Under the pieces are notes generated by a model, which was given only the letters and a program-made list of their open reading frames with translations, did not search any database and was not told the origin of the DNA. Shown in pieces: positions 10,286 to 18,799 of a stretch of 64,000 nt of DNA (positions are counted from its first letter, which is position 1; each line of letters starts with the position of its first letter). The stretch is from positions 1-64,000 of the forward strand of contig JBDREC010000039.1 of the NCBI GenBank assembly GCA_043820105.1, in the 5' to 3' direction. This stretch comes from Pseudomonadota bacterium. GTDB taxonomy: Bacteria; Bdellovibrionota_F; JAHFAK01; JBDREC01. The translations under genes and the position numbers were made by a program.

Positions 10286-10615
10286 ATGCGTCCATGGGGA
10301 TTTTATGAAATCCTATCTGACAAAGAAGATCATAAAGTCAAAAGAATTACCGTTTATCCAGGAAAAAGATTATCCCTCCAAAGACATCAAAAAAGGTCAG
10401 AGCATTGGTTTATAGTACAAGGATATGGTGTTGTTACTCTAGATGACCAAAAAGTCACAGTTTCAAATGGTAAAGCCATTGACATACCAGTTACAACAGC
10501 CCACAGAATAGAAAATTCTGGCCAAAAAAACCTGGTTTTTATAGAGGTTCAAACAGGATCGTATTTTGGAGAAGATGACATCCAACGACTAGAAGACGAT
10601 TTTGGAAGAGCATAA
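10286..10615 (+). CDS. Cupin protein, mannose-6-phosphate isomerase type II C-terminal domain
   Basis: RPWGFY, LSLQRHQKRSEHW, IEVQTGSYFGEDDIQRLEDDFGR. Confidence 0.9.
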   Translation: MRPWGFYEILSDKEDHKVKRITVYPGKRLSLQRHQKRSEHWFIVQGYGVVTLDDQKVTVSNGKAIDIPVTTAHRIENSGQKNLVFIEVQTGSYFGEDDIQRLEDDFGRA

Positions 10616-10738
10616 AATAAGAGGCAAATATATCCCAATTTTAATACTTTTAATAAAATAATTCATATCTTTAACATAAAATTACGCGCCTCCAGATATA
10701 AGTGCTTAATTTAATTAATTATTTTCATTCTGTACAAA

Positions 10739-10754
10739 TGGTATCCATTTTGCT
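10739..10754 (+). promoter_or_regulatory. sigma54 promoter
   Basis: TGGTATCCATTTTGCT (GG-N10-GC) upstream of the 10821 ORF. Confidence 0.65.
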
Positions 10755-10820
10755 TTTATATAAAATACTTAATGAATAATAGATAATTTTTATATATAAT
10801 TGGAGATGGGTTATAACTTT

Positions 10821-13178
10821 ATGAAATGTAAGTTTTTTTTAGCATTAGTTCTAATTCTTATAATTTCTTTCTGCACTATTTCTTATGCAAACCTAGTTGA
10901 AATATTATTTGAAAGTCCAGAAGAATTGCCCAATTTTTATATTTCAGAAATGGAAGAAAACACAAAACTTGAAGGCATAAAACTAAATGGTTTTTTTGAA
11001 AAATATCAGCAGTATTTTACGATAGCAGATGATGGCCAAATATATTTAAAAACAACATTATCAAAAGAAGCTCTTGAATCTTTAGAAAAGTTAATTGGCT
11101 ATTCAAAGATTCAAAATGAAGTGCACAGATATACTGTAATTTCAAACATCTGGAAAGAAGACATTCAAGATAGGTATTACTATTCAGCTTATCATATTCA
11201 AAGAGAAAATGAGCTTACCTTTTATGAATGTTCTGATTCAATATTTGACAAGTTTGCACTTCACTCAAAGAAGTTATTTATCAATCCAATAATTGATGCA
11301 ATTGGAGAAGGTTATGAACAAAGAAACAAGGCAAGACAAATATTAATTGAATACTTGATCGATAAAAAATGTGATACCTACAACGAAGCATTGGAACTTT
11401 TAAGAAAAAACCAGCCCTTGCTTTATGAAAAATTGGGAACAAATGATTCATCAGATACAATAAACTTTTCACAAGACATTGGAATTAGCTGGATGACTTT
11501 TTTAAGTGAATTAACGCGAGCAAAAAACTATTCAGCCCTACAAGAAGTAATTGAAGAACATATCCTTAGCAAAGAAATAGATAATATTGTAACTGCCTTT
11601 ATAGAAAATAATAATGAAGAATATGTAAAAATCATTCAAAATATTGTTGATTCAGATTTAGCACAAAACCTATATGAACAATACGAAGAAAGACAGTGTC
11701 TTTATGAAATAAAATACAAGGAAAACTGGTCACCTGACGATATCGAAAACCTGGTAAATATAGAATTAGATAAAAGCATAAGACGCAAAGTTTTTTTTGA
11801 AGGCGTAAAGGCTGGCTTATTGAAACCCATACACTTTAGGGGTGATTTGTTTTTTAGCGCTCAATCAAAAAGGCAAGCTTGGCAAGTTTATAAAGAGGCT
11901 TTCAACCCAGAAGAATCTATTCTTCCATGGAACTGGTCAACAGAAACAATAGACAACACCGTTCAAACGCTAGGAATGGCACTGCTTCCAGTAGGAGCCT
12001 CAATTGCAGCCACTAGCGTATCAAGGCAACTTTTCTCAAGCATTCTAAAAAATTATATAAAGAAAAAAGCAACGCGGGATTTTCTAATAAAGCGTGCCTC
12101 GTTAGCAGTTGGAGCTCTTACTTTTTCTGTAGCCAATAGTGCTATGTATACTCCTATTGTAGGAAAAGCAGCATGGAATCATTTTATTGAAACATCGATT
12201 TTTATGTATTTAATTGGCGAAAGTATTGCTCTAACAGCATTATCCACTGAATTTCTAGCTCGTCCTTTTTCAAAAATCATACCTAATAACATAATAACAA
12301 ACACTGTAAAACATACAGCAAACCTTTCAATTGAATCAGCTGTTGTGCTAGCCCTATCTGAAATCCCAATTTGGTCGCAGAATGATCATAACAGCACTTA
12401 TTTAAAAAAATATACACAGATACTTTTGTTTTTACTCGAAATTAAAATATTTGCTCTAAGTCTAGATCCATATATTAAAGGTTTAATAAGCGAACCAATA
12501 AAAGAACCTGGTCAAAAGAGAAGAACATTTATTGAAGAAGAGGACCTGCCCAGGCTGGACTCAGATGAGCAGCCAACTCGTAGATTTGAAGATAAAATTC
12601 CCCATTGTCCATTGTTAAGCGAACTCCCAAGCTATGTAGTAAGAAAAGGCTCATTTTCTGATACAAACCCTACTATCAAGGGTACAGAAAAAGTAGTTTC
12701 AGGGGTTGATAAAATTTTTGGAAGACAAGATCTTGACCCAAGACAACTTGTGTTGCAGCAAACGCATAATAAAAGTCCACTACCCCTTGAAAGAGCTCTC
12801 CGTTTAAGGCAAGAGCTTATTGACAATGGATTGGATGCACGTTTTCAAAGAGAAATTGTTGGAAGAGGAATTGTCCAAGGTGAAGAAACAGTTAGTTTAA
12901 TAGTAAAAAGAAACAAATACCATGCTCAAACCTCTGGCAGAACAATAATGATTGATTTCAATGGAACCCCTGAAGCTAGAGTTATCCAAGAAGAAACCAC
13001 TGAAATAATTAGAATTTTAAAAGAAAATAAAATAACACTAATTCATTATGAAATAGAAATAACTGAAGATGGTCATGTAAAAATCGCTGATCCCGAACAA
13101 GTTATAATTGGAACAGAACCTACAGAGATTGATCTTGAACCCCTTGAATTACTTATAGAGATGGTGAGTGTTGAGTAA
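10821..13178 (+). CDS. Hypothetical exported protein with a hydrophobic helical middle and a possible kinase-like C-terminal domain
   Basis: Signal peptide MKCKFFLALVLILIISFCTISYA; several hydrophobic helices at about aa 390-555; C-terminal EDGHVKIADP. Confidence 0.65.
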   Translation: MKCKFFLALVLILIISFCTISYANLVEILFESPEELPNFYISEMEENTKLEGIKLNGFFEKYQQYFTIADDGQIYLKTTLSKEALESLEKLIGYSKIQNEVHRYTVISNIWKEDIQDRYYYSAYHIQRENELTFYECSDSIFDKFALHSKKLFINPIIDAIGEGYEQRNKARQILIEYLIDKKCDTYNEALELLRKNQPLLYEKLGTNDSSDTINFSQDIGISWMTFLSELTRAKNYSALQEVIEEHILSKEIDNIVTAFIENNNEEYVKIIQNIVDSDLAQNLYEQYEERQCLYEIKYKENWSPDDIENLVNIELDKSIRRKVFFEGVKAGLLKPIHFRGDLFFSAQSKRQAWQVYKEAFNPEESILPWNWSTETIDNTVQTLGMALLPVGASIAATSVSRQLFSSILKNYIKKKATRDFLIKRASLAVGALTFSVANSAMYTPIVGKAAWNHFIETSIFMYLIGESIALTALSTEFLARPFSKIIPNNIITNTVKHTANLSIESAVVLALSEIPIWSQNDHNSTYLKKYTQILLFLLEIKIFALSLDPYIKGLISEPIKEPGQKRRTFIEEEDLPRLDSDEQPTRRFEDKIPHCPLLSELPSYVVRKGSFSDTNPTIKGTEKVVSGVDKIFGRQDLDPRQLVLQQTHNKSPLPLERALRLRQELIDNGLDARFQREIVGRGIVQGEETVSLIVKRNKYHAQTSGRTIMIDFNGTPEARVIQEETTEIIRILKENKITLIHYEIEITEDGHVKIADPEQVIIGTEPTEIDLEPLELLIEMVSVE

Positions 13179-13218
13179 ATAAATAAATTTTAACATAACA
13201 ACTAGATAAAATAATGGC

Positions 13219-13350
13219 GTGTTACCAGAAAAAATAAACACAAAACTAAAACAAGAACTTGATTGGATATTAGAAATGCAAAACACTGCTGATGGCTTTG
13301 GAACCTGGGACAAAGAACCAATTCCTTGTTTTTTATGGTCTATAAAATAG
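13219..13350 (+). pseudogene. Fragment resembling a squalene/terpene cyclase QW-repeat segment
   Basis: Hand translation VLPEKINTKLKQELDWILEMQNTADGFGTWDKEPIPCFLWSIK*; LDWILEMQNxxxGFGTWD resembles the cyclase WLLSMQNxDGGWGAFD motif. Confidence 0.4.
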
Positions 13351-13405
13351 TTTATTAGTTTTTATTTTCTTGTCAAAATCAAGATGGTGGAAGGAAAATA
13401 ATAAT

Positions 13406-14677
13406 TTATTCTGAAGAATATACAATCTTGCCATCAACAATAGTATAGCAGACCTTACCCTTCATTTTTTTCCCAACAAATGGTGAGTTTTTTGATTTTG
13501 ATTTAAAATTATTATCAGAAATTTCTAAGGCACAGTCTTTATCAAAAATACTAATGTCAGCGCAAGCTCCAACATCAATACCGTTGTTTTCAATATTCAT
13601 GATTTTGCATGGATTAAATGACATAAGTTTCGGAATCATTTCAAGCTTTATTACATTTTTTTCAACAAGATCTAAAGCAACATTTAAAGCTGTTTCAAAG
13701 CCTATCATTCCAGGGTTTGCAAATTCAAACTCAAGCTTTTTTTCGCGCTCAGCGTGTGGTGCATGATCTGTAGCAATTGCATCAACAGTTCCATCTCTTA
13801 AACCTTCATACAAAGCCTCTCTATCAACAGATGTTCTTAAAGGAGGATTAACCTTGAAGTTTGTATTAAAGCTTTTTAATTCTTCATCAATAAAATAAAG
13901 ATGATGAGGAGTAACATCACAAGTTATATTTAAGCCTCCTTTTTTAGCCTGCCTAACAAGCTCCACAGATCCGGCTGTACTCATATGAGTAATGTGTACT
14001 TGGCAGCCAGTTAATTTTGCCAAAGCAATTTCGCGTGAAACAATAATATCTTCACAAGCATTTGGACAAGGCTTAAATCCTAAGTAAGTTGAAGTTAAGC
14101 TTTCATTCATTGATGTGTTGGCACTTAAATTAGTGTCTTCGCAATGGCAGATAACCGGAAGATCAAAACATTTTGCATATTCCATGCCACGCCTCATGAG
14201 TCGTGCATTCATTACTGTTTTGCCATCTTCTGAAACAGCTACTATGCCTGCTTTTTTCATGTCACCATATTCTGATAAAACTTCTCCATCCATATTTTTA
14301 GTAATTGATCCAACCGGAAAAAGTCTAACACCGCATGCTTCGGAGGCTCTATCCATAATATATTTAGTAACCGCCGCATTATCATTAACTGGATTAGTAT
14401 TAGCCATGCAAGCAACTTTTGTAAAACCGCCAGCAGCTGCAGCATACAAACCACTTTTAATTGTTTCTCTATATTCAAACCCGGGTTCTCTTAAATGAGC
14501 ATGCATATCAAATAATCCCGGAATAGTGTATAGTCCTTCAGCTTCAACAACCTTAGCATCCGCATCAACAATAGAATTTTCAATTTGATTGATTTTTCCA
14601 TCTTCAATTAAAATATCTTTTTTAGAAAATGAATTATCATTTAAAAACACACTTGAATTTTTAATAAGCAACTTCAT
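13406..14677 (-). CDS. pyrC: Dihydroorotase (type I)
   Basis: DMHAHLREPG, CDVTPHHL, KVNPPLR, IATDHAPH; follows pyrB. Confidence 0.95.
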   Translation of the reverse strand: MKLLIKNSSVFLNDNSFSKKDILIEDGKINQIENSIVDADAKVVEAEGLYTIPGLFDMHAHLREPGFEYRETIKSGLYAAAAGGFTKVACMANTNPVNDNAAVTKYIMDRASEACGVRLFPVGSITKNMDGEVLSEYGDMKKAGIVAVSEDGKTVMNARLMRRGMEYAKCFDLPVICHCEDTNLSANTSMNESLTSTYLGFKPCPNACEDIIVSREIALAKLTGCQVHITHMSTAGSVELVRQAKKGGLNITCDVTPHHLYFIDEELKSFNTNFKVNPPLRTSVDREALYEGLRDGTVDAIATDHAPHAEREKKLEFEFANPGMIGFETALNVALDLVEKNVIKLEMIPKLMSFNPCKIMNIENNGIDVGACADISIFDKDCALEISDNNFKSKSKNSPFVGKKMKGKVCYTIVDGKIVYSSE

Positions 14678-14687
14678 TTTTTCTCCA

Positions 14688-15638
14688 TCATATTAGACTC
14701 TTGTTCCCTTGTTCCCCTGCGCTCTTGTTCTCATTATTCAAAAGATACAAACACGCCATCCTAACAGCAATCCCATTTGTAACCTGATCCAGAATAACTG
14801 AGTTTTTAGAATCCGCAACATCTTCTGATATTTCAACGCCCCTGTTAATAGGACCCGGGTGCATAATTACAATATCTTTTTTTGCCTTTTCAAGTTTTTG
14901 AGAATTAATCCCAAAATAGTTTGCATATTCTCTTAAAGAAGGAAATAAAACTTCTCCAAGTCTTTCCATCTGAATTCTTAAAAGCATTATTACATCAAGC
15001 TTGCCTATTATCTCATCAATATTATAACAAACCTTAACTCCAAGTTTTTCTACCTCACAAGGGATCATGGTTGGAGGACCTACTAAAGTAACATTAGCTC
15101 CCATAGTTGTTAATCCATAAATGTTGGATCTTGCTACCCTACTATTTGCTATGTCTCCAACTATGGCTATATTAATCCCTTCAATTTTTCCCAGTTTTTC
15201 TTCAATAGTAAGCATATCCAGAAGTGCTTGCGTTGGGTGTTCGTGCGCTCCATCTCCTGCATTTAAGACTGACGCGTATGTATACTTGGCAATGAAGTCA
15301 GCAGAACCAACAGAAGAATGTCGAATTATAAAAAAATCAGGATTCATTGCTTCCATTGTTTTTAATGTGTCATAAAGTGATTCACCTTTAGTTGTAGAAG
15401 ATGAGGACATAGCTAAATTAATAACATCAGCAGATAAACGCTTTGCAGCTAAATCAAAAGAAGATCTTGTTCTGGTAGAAGGTTCAAAAAATAAATTAAC
15501 AACTGTCTTTCCTCGCAAAGCAGGAACCTTTTTAATCTGCCGAGTCCCAATTTCCTTCATTGATTTGGCAGTATCAAGAATTTCACGTATTTCTTCTTTT
15601 GAAACATACTGAAGGCCAGTTAGGTCTTTTCTGTTCAT
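14688..15638 (-). CDS. pyrB: Aspartate carbamoyltransferase catalytic subunit
   Basis: FFEPSTRTRSSF, NAGDGAHEHPTQALLD, MHPGPINRGVEI. Confidence 0.96.
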   Translation of the reverse strand: MNRKDLTGLQYVSKEEIREILDTAKSMKEIGTRQIKKVPALRGKTVVNLFFEPSTRTRSSFDLAAKRLSADVINLAMSSSSTTKGESLYDTLKTMEAMNPDFFIIRHSSVGSADFIAKYTYASVLNAGDGAHEHPTQALLDMLTIEEKLGKIEGINIAIVGDIANSRVARSNIYGLTTMGANVTLVGPPTMIPCEVEKLGVKVCYNIDEIIGKLDVIMLLRIQMERLGEVLFPSLREYANYFGINSQKLEKAKKDIVIMHPGPINRGVEISEDVADSKNSVILDQVTNGIAVRMACLYLLNNENKSAGEQGNKSLI

Positions 15639-15654
15639 TTAATCTCCAAAAAAA

Positions 15655-15678
15655 CGTACAGCGTACAGCGTACGGCGT
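15655..15678. repeat. Heptamer tandem (CGTACAG)x3
   Basis: cgtacag cgtacag cgtacgg cgt between pyrR and pyrB; related arrays at 26378-26408 and 47801-47826. Confidence 0.7.
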
Positions 15679-16200
15679 TTAAATAACGAAGACTTTGTTA
15701 TCTTTGTCTTCTCCGAAGACAACCTTTACATTATCTGTTTTTATTGTTGTTATTTCTTTGCCTACATAATCAGGTCTAATTGGGAGTTCATGGAAACCTC
15801 TGTCAATAATTACTGCTAGCTGTATTGAATCTGGTCTCCCAAGGTCAATTAGTGCATCAAGGGCAGCTCGAGTTGTTCTTCCAGTAAAAAAAACGTCATC
15901 TATTAAAACAATGTTTTTCTTATCAATTGAAAAATTTATTTCGGTTTTTAATAAAACAGGTTGCTCATTTTTTAGAGTTAAATCATCTCTATATAAATTA
16001 ATATCAAGGTAGCCAAGATCAACTTCTTTAGCCTCTATGCTAGCTATTTCAGAAGCAATTGCATCAGCTAAATTAGTTCCACCTTGGCGAATACCAACAA
16101 TTGCTAGATTTGAAGAACCTGAATTTTTATCAATAATTTCATGAGCTATTCTTTTAATAATTCGATCTAGATCTTGAGAATTAAGAATTATTTTTTCCAT
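15679..16200 (-). CDS. pyrR: PyrR pyrimidine regulator / uracil phosphoribosyltransferase
   Basis: RIAHEII, LDINLYRDDL, LIDDVFFTGRTTRAALDAL, DRGFHELPIRPDYVGK. Confidence 0.95.
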   Translation of the reverse strand: MEKIILNSQDLDRIIKRIAHEIIDKNSGSSNLAIVGIRQGGTNLADAIASEIASIEAKEVDLGYLDINLYRDDLTLKNEQPVLLKTEINFSIDKKNIVLIDDVFFTGRTTRAALDALIDLGRPDSIQLAVIIDRGFHELPIRPDYVGKEITTIKTDNVKVVFGEDKDNKVFVI

Positions 16201-16300
16201 ATAATTTTCCTAGGATAGATGTAAGGTTAGAAGTTATATATATTTTAATGCAAAGATAAGTCAATTAAGTTTTGATTAATTTTAGGATTGATTTTGATAA

Positions 16301-16355
16301 ACATGCGAGAACTTAAGAGAAACGAAGGTATCTTTTTTCATAAGCTCTCGCATGT
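16301..16355. other. Strong inverted repeat (15-bp stem, one mismatch) between pit and pyrR
   Basis: ACATGCGAGAACTTA...TAAGCTCTCGCATGT. Confidence 0.7.
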
Positions 16356-16589
16356 ATCTTGTAGCCACGACTAAAAAGCCTGTGTAATTGATATATAATT
16401 ATGCATATCTAAAAAAATATACAGCTACTAAACTGTTATCTATTATAATCTCTACCACACAATTATACAGTGCAAAAACAATACCAAATACAAAGGTCAA
16501 GACATCAGAGCTATTGTATTGATATTATGGGACTTCTCTAAATAAGGGCATTGGCTTTAAAGTAAAAATTCCTATTCATGGTAATTAAT

Positions 16590-18044
16590 TTACCATTTAT
16601 GAGAATTTTCATATAAAAAGGAAGATATTTGCCTGGCTCTTTCTTGATCATTGATAAGCTTAAAAAGCTGCCTTTCAAGCAGCCATCTATGATTATAAGT
16701 ATGTTTTTTTAAACTTAAAAGAAGGGTTTTCTCGGAAGGACTCAAGAAATCTTTTGCAAAATTTTCTTTTTTAATTGCCTCTTGTGCTAACTTGATTTTT
16801 TCAAATTCGCAGAATTTTTTTATTTCCTCAAAATATTCTTTTTTAAAACCATCTGTCTTTTTAATAGTATTGTATAGTGTTAGCTCATTTTTAAATTTGC
16901 TTCCCTCATATTCCTTAAGCTGACCTGCAAAAGGCATTTCATGAGATTCAAGTTCAATAATTGAAGCCTTAGAAACAAGATAAGAAATCGGTTTATACAC
17001 AGGTTGCATAAAAACATTTTGCATAATAAATAATAAAACAAATGAAACAACTCCAGCAATAATTGGTGTTGCTACCCATCCAGCACTAATTTTTCCAATG
17101 ATAGACACATTAATATTTCTTCTACACTTTATAATCCCTATTCCCAAGACAGCTCCAACAACGGCTTGAGAACTTGAAACTGGAACCAGGGGAAATGAAG
17201 GTAAATTCATAGAAATTAGAAAATCCTTAAGACTTTGAGATGCAAATAAGAATAAAACAAGAGAAGATGAAAAAACAACAACTAAAGCATTTACTGAATT
17301 TAAGCTAAAAATACTAGAGCCAACTGTACTCATTACCCTTTTTGAATAGGTAAAAACCCCAACAGCTATGGCTATTCCACCAAGCAAGAATAAGGTATGA
17401 ATACTATCAAAAGTAAAAAGATTAAACACATTCACTTCAGGAAAGGGTGATACTGGCACAAAAACACCCATAACATTTGCAATATTATTAGCACCCAAAG
17501 CATATGAACCAAAGGCTCCGACAATTATTAGAGCCCATCTTATCAGAAAATCAAGCCACAAAAGATGAATCTTTATGTGCTCAATAATAAACTTCATAAC
17601 AACATAGGAAACAGAGGCAAATATAGCAGCCAGGATTGGACAGAATACCCAGGTTGACACAATTTTTATCAAAGATGCCTGGTCTGTTAGAAAACCTGCA
17701 TAAAAGTTCCATCCAATGATGGCACCAACTATTGCCTGAGATGTTGATACAGGCAACATTAGCCTTGTCATCCAAAAAACTGAAAATGCAGCAGCAAAGG
17801 CAACAATAAAGGCTCCTCCAATTTCATTTATTGATCCAAGTTTACCATAAGTATGAGAAGCTCCGGCGCCACTGATTACAGCACCAAGAATTAAAAAAAC
17901 TGAACAAATAATGGCTGCTGTTTTAAATCGCAGCATCTTTGAGCCAACAGCAGTTCCAAAAACATTGGCCGCATCATTGGCTCCCAAAGACCATCCTAAA
18001 AATAGTCCTGAAGAAAGAAAACAAAAAGCAGCTATAATACTCAT
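16590..18044 (-). CDS. pit: PiT-family inorganic phosphate transporter
   Basis: GANDAANVFGTAV, PVSTSQA, GANNIANVMG, PVSSSQAVVGAV signatures; soluble C-terminal extension. Confidence 0.9.
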   Translation of the reverse strand: MSIIAAFCFLSSGLFLGWSLGANDAANVFGTAVGSKMLRFKTAAIICSVFLILGAVISGAGASHTYGKLGSINEIGGAFIVAFAAAFSVFWMTRLMLPVSTSQAIVGAIIGWNFYAGFLTDQASLIKIVSTWVFCPILAAIFASVSYVVMKFIIEHIKIHLLWLDFLIRWALIIVGAFGSYALGANNIANVMGVFVPVSPFPEVNVFNLFTFDSIHTLFLLGGIAIAVGVFTYSKRVMSTVGSSIFSLNSVNALVVVFSSSLVLFLFASQSLKDFLISMNLPSFPLVPVSSSQAVVGAVLGIGIIKCRRNINVSIIGKISAGWVATPIIAGVVSFVLLFIMQNVFMQPVYKPISYLVSKASIIELESHEMPFAGQLKEYEGSKFKNELTLYNTIKKTDGFKKEYFEEIKKFCEFEKIKLAQEAIKKENFAKDFLSPSEKTLLLSLKKHTYNHRWLLERQLFKLINDQERARQISSFLYENSHKW

Positions 18045-18047
18045 ATT

Positions 18048-18695
18048 TTAGATTTCCCTTTTTATAGCTGAAACAGATAGACGCTCACAAACTTCCTGGG
18101 CTTCATCAGAAATACTAGCGATACTTTCAGCAAAGTATTTTAAATGATTTTTTCTGGCGAGATCATCAATCACGCCTGATTGGTATATCTTTTTGAAAAT
18201 GACCAGGCCAAGATTATCAGCCTCTGATTCATAAAAATCTACTTTATTAATGTAATTAGTTGTAAGTTTATTATCTTTAAAAAAAGCAATATCAGCTTTT
18301 ACCAAAGCATGAACTGCATTACTAGAAGCCTGAGCGAGTCTTAAGTAATCATCTTTTAAACAATCAGGAATATTAGGTCTTTCTATGTCAATTTGAAAAC
18401 TAACCTGTTTTATTTTATCCAAAATATTATCCGTGTTTTCTAATAATCCAAGCACATCACCACGAGATTCTGGAATCAACATTTCTGAATAAAGCTGAAA
18501 ACGAACTTTTCTTCTCATTTCATCAGCCTGGTGCTCTAATTCTGACACAGCCTTTAATCTGTTTTCCAATTCAGGAAAATCGCCATTTAAATATTCTTTT
18601 ATTATTTCAGTGAAGTGCAATGCCCCTTTATCCACATTATCTAAAAACCCATCAATTTGAGCCTCAAGCACTTTAAGTTTTTTGAATAAAGACAT
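18048..18695 (-). CDS. DUF47 phosphate transport regulator (PhoU-like)
   Basis: LEHQADEMRR, YESEADNL; immediately upstream of the PiT gene. Confidence 0.88.
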   Translation of the reverse strand: MSLFKKLKVLEAQIDGFLDNVDKGALHFTEIIKEYLNGDFPELENRLKAVSELEHQADEMRRKVRFQLYSEMLIPESRGDVLGLLENTDNILDKIKQVSFQIDIERPNIPDCLKDDYLRLAQASSNAVHALVKADIAFFKDNKLTTNYINKVDFYESEADNLGLVIFKKIYQSGVIDDLARKNHLKYFAESIASISDEAQEVCERLSVSAIKREI

Positions 18696-18799
18696 ATAAT
18701 ATTCCTATCTTTTGTTTTTTTAAATCTATAGAAAGATCATTATCATATTTGTAAAAAAAGTAAATATATTATTTTATTATAAGAAATTATTGTAATGTT

